Origin: Phycisphaera mikurensis NBRC 102666
GTDB lineage: Bacteria > Planctomycetota > Phycisphaerae > Phycisphaerales > Phycisphaeraceae
Direction of reading: 5' to 3'
NCBI RefSeq assembly: GCF_000284115.1
Contig: NC_017080.1
Coordinates: forward strand, 1,350,001 to 1,382,000
DNA: 32,000 bases
The notes under the pieces are model-generated. The model ran no database searches and was not told the DNA's origin. It worked only from the letters and a program-made list of their open reading frames with translations. Of the stretch, positions 15,448-23,195 are shown one piece after another. The position numbers and the translations under genes are program-made. Position 1 is the first letter of the stretch. Every line of letters begins with the position of its first letter.

Positions 15448-18063
15448 TCAGGAATCCGCGGACCGGACGCTCATCGGGTCCGCGGTGGCGGCGGTGCGCG
15501 GCTCGGTCGCCTCCCGGCGCCCGCGGCCGGAGAAGGCGTTGGCGCTGAAGAGGCGCGGCCCGGCCGCGGGCACGCCGGCTCGCTCGCGGGCGAGGGGAAA
15601 GCGGAAGAGCGCGGTTTCGCCGGGGAGCAGCGTGCGGGTCTGCTCGTCGGCGGGCGCGTCGGCGAGGGACGGTCCGGGGTCGACGACGGCGTCGCGGAGC
15701 AGCGTGTGCGCGGTGACGGTCACGGCGAGCGTGCCGGCGGAGCGCTCGGCGGCGAGGTCGAAGCGCGGCTCTGGCAGGTGCATCGCGTGGTCGGGCGCGG
15801 GGGCCCAGACGCGGCGGCCAAGCGTCGGGTCGTCGGCGACGACGAGGCCGCCGCTCTCCTGCGCGGCGGCGGTCAGCTCCGCGGGCACCGCAGCGCGGAG
15901 CAGGATCTCCGCCGTGGCCGCGGGGTCGGCTCGCAGCGGGACGTCGGCCGAAGCGAGCTCCTCGCCCGCGGCGTCGACGGCGCGGAGACGCACGGGCACC
16001 CCGCGGCTCCAGCCGGCTGGAGCGAAGCGGACGAACGCGAGGTTCGCGGGGTCGTTTTCCGCCGCGAGCAATGCGGCCGCGTGATCGCCCATCGACCGCC
16101 GGCTCCCGTACCAGGCGAGCTTCCGGCGGCCGAAGAAGTCGATCACCGACCAGCTGACCGCGGGCCAGCTGTCCTGCAGCTGCCAGACGAGCGTCCCCGA
16201 GCAGCGTGGTTGTAGCGAGCGGTACCAGCCGGCGCCCAGCTCCACCGCCCGGCTCTGCATCAGCTGCGTGGCGTACACCCAGGCGTCGAGCGCGAGGGGC
16301 GGATCGTCCGGGCCCGGCACGGCGGCCCGGCCGAAGACCTCGTCCAGCCGGGCCTCCATCTTCGCCCGCCCGCGGGTCGCCATGAGGAAGCCCCAGGCCG
16401 CCTCGGAGCGGTCGGCCTCGGGCACGCCCGGCGTCGCCCACCGCAGCGTCTGGGCGTGCGCCGCGCCGCAGAAGCCGAACTCCGCGGCGAAGCGCGGGCG
16501 GGTCCGCAGGTACGCCTCGCCGGGCTCGCGGTTCCACGCGTCCCAGGGGTGCTGCGGGCCGTGGTTCTCGTCGTCGGCGGGGGAGCCGAGCGAACGGCCG
16601 CTGGGGCTGTTGATGACGTACGCGCTGCCCGGTGAGCGCTCGGCGACGGCCTCGGGCAGCAGCTCGCCGTAGAAGCCCTCGCCCCAGCCGGTGTCGCCGA
16701 CGGCCTCGGCCCAGCCCGGCTGCGAGCGGTGGAACCACAGGCACTCGTTGCCGCCGCACCACAGCGCGAGGCTCGGCCGCCACGCGAGGCGGTCGGCGAG
16801 GTGCGTGGCTTCCTCCCGCACCTCCCCGGCCAGCTGCGCCTCGTCGTACATCGCGCAGGCGAAGGGGAAGTCCTGCCAGACGAGGATCCCCTCCTCGTCG
16901 CAGCGGTCGAAGAAGGCGTCGCTCTCGGCCACGCCGCCGCCCCAGACCCGGATCGCGTTCGCGCCCGCGGCGAGTGCCTCGTCGAGGCGCGCCTGCGTGG
17001 TGGCCGGATCCACCCGATCGAGCAGCGTGTCGCTGGGGATCCAGTTGAAGCCGCGGCAGAAGACCTCGCGGCCGTTGACCCTCACCGCGAAGCGGGTGCC
17101 CGCGGCGGGTTCCGCGGGGTCGTCGGGGCTTCGGTCGATCTCGACGGTGCGGAGGCCGACGCGGCGGGTCACGGTTCCGTCGGCCGTCCGGGCTCGGAGC
17201 GTGGCGGTGAGTTCGTACAGCGGCTGTTCCCCGCAGCCCCGCGGCCACCACCACGCCGGCTCGCGCACGCGCAGCGTGGCCGTGGCGACGCCGTCGTCAC
17301 CGAGCGTCGCCTCGCCCGCCGCGACCACGCCACGGGTCGGATCGCTCAGCCGCAGCCGCACACGCTCTCCCGCCGCGTTGGATCCGCGGACCGTGGCGGA
17401 AACGACCGCGTTTCGCCCACGGTCCGCGGATTCCGTGGAGACCGCGAGCGCATCGATCCGGGCGGCGTCGCGCGGCCGCAGCGTCACCGCACCCGACAGC
17501 CCGCACGTGTCCAGCGGCGGAGCCCAATCCCAGCCGAAGCCACAGGCCATCTTGCGGACGCCGTTGTACGGCGTGATGCCCGGCATCGCGATGGGGTGCG
17601 GGCCCTCGGCGGCGGCAACCGCGGAGCCGGTCGGCGGAGCGAAGCGGACCTCCAGCGTGTTGCGCCGCCGGAGCCTCTCCCCGAGATCGAAAGCGTGCGG
17701 CCGGAAGCCGTTCTCGCAGCGGCCGAGCGACCCGCCGTTGAGCAGGACCTCCGCGGGCCCGTCGACGCCGGCAAGAACCAGCTCCAGGGCTGGGCCGTCG
17801 GGGTCGGCCGCGAAGCGTCGCGTCCACGACCAGCCGCAACGGCCGATCCAGCGGAGCTTCTCCCACGCTCCTCCGCGATAGGGCTCGTCGATGAGTTCCG
17901 CGGCGAGCAGCGCTGTGTGGACGCTGGCCGGCGCGTCGGTGGTCACCTCCGCCGAGCGGACCTCGGGCGGGGCGGCATCGCCGGAGCAACGCAGAGCCCA
18001 ACCGGCGGACAGATCGGCCGGCGCGGCGGCGGCATCCACGGACGGAAGAGCCGCCACCGTCAC
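15448..18063 (-). CDS. GH2-family glycoside hydrolase, beta-mannosidase-like
   Basis: Family motifs are present: VNGREVFCRGFNWIPSD, IRVWGGGVAESDAFFDRCDEEGILVWQDFPFACAMY, LWCGGNEC (acid/base) and FAAEFGF (nucleophile). The preferred start is GTG 18063, which overlaps the aldolase stop as GTGA. The track ORF extends to 18183 inside the aldolase gene. No signal peptide is visible. Confidence 0.9.
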   Translation of the reverse strand: MTVAALPSVDAAAAPADLSAGWALRCSGDAAPPEVRSAEVTTDAPASVHTALLAAELIDEPYRGGAWEKLRWIGRCGWSWTRRFAADPDGPALELVLAGVDGPAEVLLNGGSLGRCENGFRPHAFDLGERLRRRNTLEVRFAPPTGSAVAAAEGPHPIAMPGITPYNGVRKMACGFGWDWAPPLDTCGLSGAVTLRPRDAARIDALAVSTESADRGRNAVVSATVRGSNAAGERVRLRLSDPTRGVVAAGEATLGDDGVATATLRVREPAWWWPRGCGEQPLYELTATLRARTADGTVTRRVGLRTVEIDRSPDDPAEPAAGTRFAVRVNGREVFCRGFNWIPSDTLLDRVDPATTQARLDEALAAGANAIRVWGGGVAESDAFFDRCDEEGILVWQDFPFACAMYDEAQLAGEVREEATHLADRLAWRPSLALWCGGNECLWFHRSQPGWAEAVGDTGWGEGFYGELLPEAVAERSPGSAYVINSPSGRSLGSPADDENHGPQHPWDAWNREPGEAYLRTRPRFAAEFGFCGAAHAQTLRWATPGVPEADRSEAAWGFLMATRGRAKMEARLDEVFGRAAVPGPDDPPLALDAWVYATQLMQSRAVELGAGWYRSLQPRCSGTLVWQLQDSWPAVSWSVIDFFGRRKLAWYGSRRSMGDHAAALLAAENDPANLAFVRFAPAGWSRGVPVRLRAVDAAGEELASADVPLRADPAATAEILLRAAVPAELTAAAQESGGLVVADDPTLGRRVWAPAPDHAMHLPEPRFDLAAERSAGTLAVTVTAHTLLRDAVVDPGPSLADAPADEQTRTLLPGETALFRFPLARERAGVPAAGPRLFSANAFSGRGRREATEPRTAATADPMSVRSADS
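15456..15485. repeat. short variant of the palindromic element
   Basis: CCGCGGACC-N12-GGTCCGCGG with a GGAAT flank. It lies inside the last codons of GH2 (...ADPMSVRSADS*). Confidence 0.5.
17384..17429. repeat. 46-bp palindromic element embedded in the GH2 coding sequence
   Basis: GGAT-CCGCGGACCGT-N24-ACGGTCCGCGG-ATTCC with perfect arms and exactly 46 bp. It is translated in frame as ...STESADRGRNAVVSATVRGSN... Confidence 0.75.
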
Positions 18064-19007
18064 GACGCGACCGCTCCGAGCGATGCGTCCACCGCCGTCT
18101 GCGCCCGCTCCAGCAGCTTCCTGACCTTCGGCCGGTCTTCGGGCTTGAAGCCCTCGTACGGCATCGCGAGGCCGCCGCCGCACACGCCCAGCTCCGCGAG
18201 TGCCCCCTTCACCGACTTGATGAACGACGATCCGTGCTGACCCACCCGGTACAGCGTCGCGGAGATCTCCATCACGACGCCGTGCAGCCGCCGGACCCCC
18301 GCCAGGTCGCCCGCCGCGGCCGCTTCGTACAACGCCACGAACAGCGCCGGGAACAGATTCGCCCCGCCCGCCACCCCGCCATCGGCACCGAAGAGCACCG
18401 CCTCGCCGAGCAGCTCCTCGGGCCCCACGAGCACCTTGAAGCCCGGCCGATTCGCGTCCCGCTCGCGGATGACCTCGTGCAGCGTGACCATCCGGCCGGA
18501 GCTGTCCTTGAAGCCGACGAAGCGGTCGAGCGTCATCGCGTGACGCACCGCCTCGGGCGGCACCGCGCCCGTGCGCGACGGGATGTCGTAGAGGAAGACC
18601 GGCAGCGGCGACGCGTCCGCCACCGCGTCGAGGTAGTGGATCAACTCCGGCCCCGCCGTCGGGCTGTACGGCGGCGGCGCCAGCACCGTCGCCGCCGCGC
18701 CCGCCTCCGCCGCGTGGATGGACAGCTCCCGCACGCCGTCGAAGCTCGCGTCCGTCACGCCCACCAGCACCGGCAGCCGGCCCGCCGCCGCCTCGGTGGC
18801 CGTTGTCACGACGCTCTTCTTCTGCTCCATCGACAACGCCGGCCCCTCGCCGGTCGTTCCCAACACGAACAGCCCGTGCACGCCGCCGCCGATCACCCGC
18901 TCGACCACGGCCGCGAGCCCGTCGCGATCGACCCGGCCATCAGGCCCGCAGGGCGTGACCAGCGGCGGGATCACGCCGGTGCCAAGAGAGGGGGCGGGGT
19001 TGCTCAT
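18060..19007 (-). CDS. DapA/NanA-family class I aldolase (dihydrodipicolinate synthase family protein)
   Basis: 315 aa. Motifs: GVIPPLVTPCGPDGRVD, GLFVLGTTGEGPALS, and the Schiff-base lysine context GFKDSSG. It is probably not the lysine-pathway DapA, because it sits between a symporter and a glycosidase. Confidence 0.9.
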   Translation of the reverse strand: MSNPAPSLGTGVIPPLVTPCGPDGRVDRDGLAAVVERVIGGGVHGLFVLGTTGEGPALSMEQKKSVVTTATEAAAGRLPVLVGVTDASFDGVRELSIHAAEAGAAATVLAPPPYSPTAGPELIHYLDAVADASPLPVFLYDIPSRTGAVPPEAVRHAMTLDRFVGFKDSSGRMVTLHEVIRERDANRPGFKVLVGPEELLGEAVLFGADGGVAGGANLFPALFVALYEAAAAGDLAGVRRLHGVVMEISATLYRVGQHGSSFIKSVKGALAELGVCGGGLAMPYEGFKPEDRPKVRKLLERAQTAVDASLGAVAS

Positions 19008-19008
19008 G

Positions 19009-19026
19009 CCCTGGAATACTACAGGG
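19009..19026. promoter_or_regulatory. imperfect palindrome CCCTGGAATACTACAGGG spanning the symporter stop and the 11-nt gap before the aldolase ATG
   Basis: 14 of 18 positions are self-complementary. It shares GAATACTACA with the 9525 box. On the minus strand TAGTAT lies 8 nt before the ATG at 19007. Confidence 0.35.
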
Positions 19027-20569
19027 CCGCCGCGTCGTCGGCATCCCGCTCCTCGACCGGCAGCTCCCGGCTCCCGCTCCGCGGCCAGATGAAGCTCAGC
19101 GCGTACGCCACCACCATCAGCGTGACGTTGGACACCACGCCCACCCAGTAGGTGTGAACCGGGATCTGCCAGCTCGCCGGCAGCCAGCCAGCGAGCACGA
19201 CGCCGTACCAGACCTTCACCCCGACCGCGATCGGCAGCGCCAGGAGCAGCGCCTTGGGCCCCACCCGCGGCACGAAGATCGCCAGCAGGAAAATGCCGCC
19301 GACCACGCCGCCGAAGATCGACGCGATGCGGCGGGTGAGGTCCACCACGCTCTCCATCTCCAGCGTCGCGATCACCAGCGCGATGCCGATCATCGCCGCC
19401 CCCGCCGCGGCGGAGAGCAGCTTCGCGTAGAGGAGGAACTGCTTCTCCGTCGCTCCCGGCGTCAGGTACCGCCGCAGCACGTCGGTCGTCCCGATCGTCG
19501 AGACCGCGTTGATCGAGGAGTCCAGCGAGGACATGCTCGCCGCGATGATCGCCGCGACGATCAGCCCGGTCACCCCCACCGGCAGGTAATGCAGCGTGAA
19601 GTGCGGGACGATCTCTTCAGGCGTCATCGCCGCGAGCCCCGGATCGGGCAGGGCGTTGTAGAAGCTCCAGAGCAGCGTGCCGACCAGGTAGAAGAAGGTC
19701 CACGTGGGGATCGAGAGCAAGAGCGAGATCCACACCGCCTTCTGCGCCTCCCGCTTCGAGCTCGCGGCGATGTACCGCTGCACCACCGTCTGGTTGCTGC
19801 AGTTGTTCGCGATCGCGTCGAAGGTGCCCACGAACAGGAGCGTCCAGAAGGTCCGCTCCTGCAGGTTCCACCCGAAGCTGCCGACGCTGAACTTGTCCGC
19901 GTGCCACGCCCGGCTCAAGCCGCCGCCGAGGCCGTCGGGCATCTCGAAGGCGATGTAGCCGAAGATCACGATCGCCCCGCCCCAGAGCACGAAGGTCTGC
20001 ACGACGTCGGTCCAGATCACCACCTCGATGCCGCCGAACACCGTGTAGAGCAGGATGAACAGCCCGCCGAGCACGATCACCCAGACGATGGGCACGTCCA
20101 GCAGCACCGAGATCGTCACCGACACCAGGAACAGCACCGTGCCGATGCGCAGCAGCTGGAAGAGCATCACCGTGAGCGCGCAGTAGAGCCGGCTGAAGCG
20201 GCCCAGCCGAGCCTCCAAAAACTCGTACGCCGTCGTGTACGGCAGCGCCCGGAACAGCGGGACGAAGACGAAAACCGCCACCAGCATGCCGATGATGACC
20301 GCGTAGTTGGCGACCAGCAGCCGCCAGTCCAGCGCAAACGCGGCGGCGGGCAGGGCGATGAAGGAGATCGAGCTGATCGAGGTGCCGATCAGCGACAGGC
20401 CCACCGCCCAGCCGGGCACGTTGCGGCCGCCGAGGAAGTAGCCCTCGGTGTCGGCGTTCCGCCGGCCGAACCAGACCGCGAAGGCGGCGGTGGCCAAGAA
20501 ATACGCCCCGATCACGACCAGGTCGATCGCGGGCAGCGTGGCGGCGAGCAGCGGCGGAGGCACGGGCAA
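19019..20569 (-). CDS. sodium:solute symporter (SSS) family transporter
   Basis: 516 aa and highly hydrophobic, with roughly 13-14 predicted TM segments. Typical SSS motifs are present (YFLGGRNVPGWAVGLSLIGTSISSISFIALPA; WTDVVQ). The start is TTG 20569 or GTG 20563. Confidence 0.9.
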   Translation of the reverse strand: MPVPPPLLAATLPAIDLVVIGAYFLATAAFAVWFGRRNADTEGYFLGGRNVPGWAVGLSLIGTSISSISFIALPAAAFALDWRLLVANYAVIIGMLVAVFVFVPLFRALPYTTAYEFLEARLGRFSRLYCALTVMLFQLLRIGTVLFLVSVTISVLLDVPIVWVIVLGGLFILLYTVFGGIEVVIWTDVVQTFVLWGGAIVIFGYIAFEMPDGLGGGLSRAWHADKFSVGSFGWNLQERTFWTLLFVGTFDAIANNCSNQTVVQRYIAASSKREAQKAVWISLLLSIPTWTFFYLVGTLLWSFYNALPDPGLAAMTPEEIVPHFTLHYLPVGVTGLIVAAIIAASMSSLDSSINAVSTIGTTDVLRRYLTPGATEKQFLLYAKLLSAAAGAAMIGIALVIATLEMESVVDLTRRIASIFGGVVGGIFLLAIFVPRVGPKALLLALPIAVGVKVWYGVVLAGWLPASWQIPVHTYWVGVVSNVTLMVVAYALSFIWPRSGSRELPVEERDADDAAAL

Positions 20570-20645
20570 GAGCGGGCTCGGAATCGAAGAGGTGGAGCCG
20601 CCGGCGACGTCGGCGGCGCGGGTGCAGACCGCGGGCGTCGGGGCG

Positions 20646-21479
20646 TCACCGCGGCTCGGCGACGGCCGGCGTGCCCGATCCCGCCGCGTGGTGCGCGGCG
20701 ATGCGGTCCTCCGGCAGCCCCTCCGCGTAGAACGCGACCTCGTCGATCCGGCCGTGGTGGCCGTTGGTCGCCCCGCCCTCGCCGTCGAGCACGGCCCCGA
20801 TGCCGGCGGGCCGCTCGCCGGGTTGGAACGTGTCCGCCTGGAACGCGACGGAGGACTCGTCGACCCGTTCGCCGTTGAAGTACGTGGTGATCGTCTTCCC
20901 GGCGAAGTCGACCACGCCCGCCACGTGGACGAAGCCGCCGGCGTGCGGAGCGAGCTTCACATACTGCCCCGCCTGGAAGCCGTCGCCGCCGATCGACCGG
21001 CCGCCGATCCGCAGGCGGCCGTTGCGGATGGAGGCGTTCACGCCGGTGGTGATGCCGCCGCCCTTGGCGGTGCCGACGAAGACCGGCGTGAGGTTCTGGT
21101 TCTTGAAGCCCGAGAGGACGTCGGAAGTGACCTCCAGCCAGAACTCCAGCGTCACCGCCGACGCGCCCGCCAGCGATCGCGTGAGGCCGGTACCGAGGCG
21201 CACCACGCCGCCCTCGCCGCGGTCGAAAGCCGCGGCGGAATTGCTCGGGCCGAAGCCGCCCGCCTCGGGTCCGTCGACGCCGAGGTCCACGCCGGTCTCG
21301 CTCGCCTCGCCCGCACGATCGCTTGCGGCGTTCCCGACCTCGGATCCCGACGTTTCGCTGAACCGGTAGAACGCCACCGGCTCGTCAAAGAGCACGGCGT
21401 CGGCGTACTCCGGAGCGGCCGACGCCAGCGGGGCGGCGGCGAGAGCGAGGGCGGCAAGGGGGGAACGGAGGTCGATCAT
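20646..21479 (-). CDS. secreted LamG/concanavalin-A-like lectin domain protein
   Basis: A signal peptide begins at ATG 21479 (MIDLRSPLAALALAAAPLASAAP). The LamG-type core reads TLEFWLEV...VHVAGVVDFAGKTITTYFNGERV...GRIDEVAFYAEGL. Alternative upstream ATGs lie at 21512 and 21536. Confidence 0.8.
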   Translation of the reverse strand: MIDLRSPLAALALAAAPLASAAPEYADAVLFDEPVAFYRFSETSGSEVGNAASDRAGEASETGVDLGVDGPEAGGFGPSNSAAAFDRGEGGVVRLGTGLTRSLAGASAVTLEFWLEVTSDVLSGFKNQNLTPVFVGTAKGGGITTGVNASIRNGRLRIGGRSIGGDGFQAGQYVKLAPHAGGFVHVAGVVDFAGKTITTYFNGERVDESSVAFQADTFQPGERPAGIGAVLDGEGGATNGHHGRIDEVAFYAEGLPEDRIAAHHAAGSGTPAVAEPR

Positions 21480-21523
21480 CGGGATGCAGGAGGAGGGGAA
21501 GGGCGGCCACATGCCGCGCCTAA

Positions 21524-21533
21524 TGGTATACCA
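21524..21533. promoter_or_regulatory. perfect 10-bp palindrome TGGTATACCA
   Basis: It is the head of the putative LamG-symporter-aldolase-GH2-sulfatase operon, 45 nt upstream of ATG 21479. It matches the FadR-subfamily operator pattern t.GT..AC.a and also the extended -10 form TGnTATACC. Confidence 0.5.
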
Positions 21534-21573
21534 CATGCGAGCGGCGGCGACCCCGGATCCTCAGGCTCCTTTC

Positions 21574-21619
21574 CCGCGGACCGTCGAGCGAATCCAGCTC
21601 AAAGCCCCAGCGTCCGCGG
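21574..21619. repeat. 46-bp palindromic element, slightly degenerate
   Basis: CCGCGGACCGT is exact at 21574-21584. The right arm is AGCGTCCGCGG (9 of 11) at the exact 46-bp spacing. It lies ~135 nt downstream of the sulfatase stop (21755). Confidence 0.6.
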
Positions 21620-21754
21620 CGACCTCTGCAGGCCGGGGCCACCGCCCGGACGTGCCGGCATTCGCGGCAACGCTGAACCTCCGACGGCGTGTGCGGGTTG
21701 CACGGTCGGCACGCCGGAGCCCCTCGGGCTCCACGTCGGGGCGGCAGCCCTGAT

Positions 21755-23155
21755 CTACGGCGAGGCCTCCATCGCGAGGAAGCCGTTGATCGCGGCGCCC
21801 AGCCGTGCCTCGGCCTCCGCTCCCGCCGGCTCGCCCGCGAGGTCGTGCAGCTGGTTGGCGTCTGCGACCCGGTCGAACAGCTGCGTCCCCCGCGGCGTCG
21901 GGTCGCCCGGGCCGGCGTGGTAGCGGGCGAGGGTCCAGCGGCCGTCGGTCGCGCAGGTGAGGTGGATCGGCGGGTCGTGGGGCTTGTGTCCCGCGCCAAG
22001 CCCGGAGTTGCGGTACGCGTTGATCGCGATTTCCCGACGCCGACACCCCAGCGGGTCGATGGCGTCGGGCAGCTCCGCGTCCACGCCCGCGGCGTGGAGC
22101 AGCGTGGCCGTCAGGTCATTGAGCTGGATCGGCCCTGCATGCCGCATCCCCGCCTCCACGCGGCCCGGCCAGCGCACGATCGCGGGCACCCGCAGGTTCG
22201 CGTCGTAAACCACCGGGCCCTTGACCAGCAGCCCGTGGTCGCCGAGCAGGTCGCCGTGGTCGGAGAGGAACAGCACGAGCGTCTCCTCCGCGAGCCCGCG
22301 GGCGTCGAGATGCGTGAGCAGCCGACCCACGAGGTCGTCGATCATCCCGACCTCCGCGTGGTAGCCCGTCCGCATCCGCCGGACCTGCTCGTCCGTCATC
22401 TCCGCGTAGTCGCCGAAGTAGTTGTCGCGGGCGTGCCGGGCGACGCCCGGCGGGACGGTGCCCGGCGCCGGCGGCGGGATCGGCGGGGGCAGCGCCGCCT
22501 CGTCCACCCGGGCCTCCGCCTCCGGCGGGTGGTCGTCGTAAGGATTGTGCGGGTCGAAGACGCTGACCATGAGAAACCACGGCCGGCCACCGCCGCCCTC
22601 CGCGTCGAGGAACGCCGCCGCCCGCTCCGCCGCCCAAGCGTTCATGTGGACCTCCGCCGGGATCGGCCCCGCCGCCTTCTCGTGCTCCACCAGCAGCTGG
22701 TAGACGTCCGGCCGACGCGCCTCCACCCACGGCGCGTACGCATTCAGCGGCGAGCCCATCATCGCCCCGCCCCCGTAGTAGAGGTCGTAGACGTCGAAGC
22801 CGTCGTGTGGATGACGCCGCCGCGACTCGATGGCCCCCGACTGCGCGTGCAGCTTCCCGACCAGCCCGGTGCGGTAGCCCGCTCCTCGCAGCCGCTCGGG
22901 GAAGAGGACCTCTTCGGGGTCCAGCTCGCCGTCGATCGTCTCCACCTGGTGCCGCGGCAGGTGGTGCCCGGTCAGGAACGACGCCCGGCTGGGCGTGCAG
23001 ATCGGGTTCGTGCACCACGCGTTCTCGAACAGCACGCCGCTTTGCGCGAGGCCGTCAAGGTGCGGCGTGGCCACCGCGTGGTTGCCCAGGCAGCCAAGCG
23101 AGTCCGCCCGCTGCTGGTCGGTCATGATGACGAGCAGGTTGGGGCGGGCGGGCAT
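21755..23155 (-). CDS. S1-family sulfatase (Cys-type)
   Basis: 466 aa. The N-terminus reads NLLVIMTDQQRADSLGCLG. The signature is CTPSRASFLTGH (C-x-P-x-R), and LSDHGD is present. No signal peptide is visible. Confidence 0.92.
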   Translation of the reverse strand: MPARPNLLVIMTDQQRADSLGCLGNHAVATPHLDGLAQSGVLFENAWCTNPICTPSRASFLTGHHLPRHQVETIDGELDPEEVLFPERLRGAGYRTGLVGKLHAQSGAIESRRRHPHDGFDVYDLYYGGGAMMGSPLNAYAPWVEARRPDVYQLLVEHEKAAGPIPAEVHMNAWAAERAAAFLDAEGGGGRPWFLMVSVFDPHNPYDDHPPEAEARVDEAALPPPIPPPAPGTVPPGVARHARDNYFGDYAEMTDEQVRRMRTGYHAEVGMIDDLVGRLLTHLDARGLAEETLVLFLSDHGDLLGDHGLLVKGPVVYDANLRVPAIVRWPGRVEAGMRHAGPIQLNDLTATLLHAAGVDAELPDAIDPLGCRRREIAINAYRNSGLGAGHKPHDPPIHLTCATDGRWTLARYHAGPGDPTPRGTQLFDRVADANQLHDLAGEPAGAEAEARLGAAINGFLAMEASP

Positions 23156-23161
23156 CCCTGT

Positions 23162-23171
23162 TGGGATACCA
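23162..23171. promoter_or_regulatory. TGGTATAC-type box (TGGGATACCA; minus strand TGGTATCCCA) immediately upstream of the sulfatase ATG
   Basis: The minus strand reads TGG-TATCCC-aacaggg-ATG(23155). That is an extended -10-like element whose hexamer ends 7 nt before the start codon. It has one mismatch to TGGTATACCA. Confidence 0.45.
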
Positions 23172-23195
23172 GAACCTCCGCCCGCCCGCCGTCGT

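Noticed and set aside
18064-18183. N-terminal 40 codons of the GH2 track ORF
   Set aside because: They would overlap the aldolase gene by 124 nt and encode Arg/Gly/Ala-rich sequence. A GTG at 18063 forms a GTGA stop/start overlap and is followed immediately by beta-mannosidase-like sequence.
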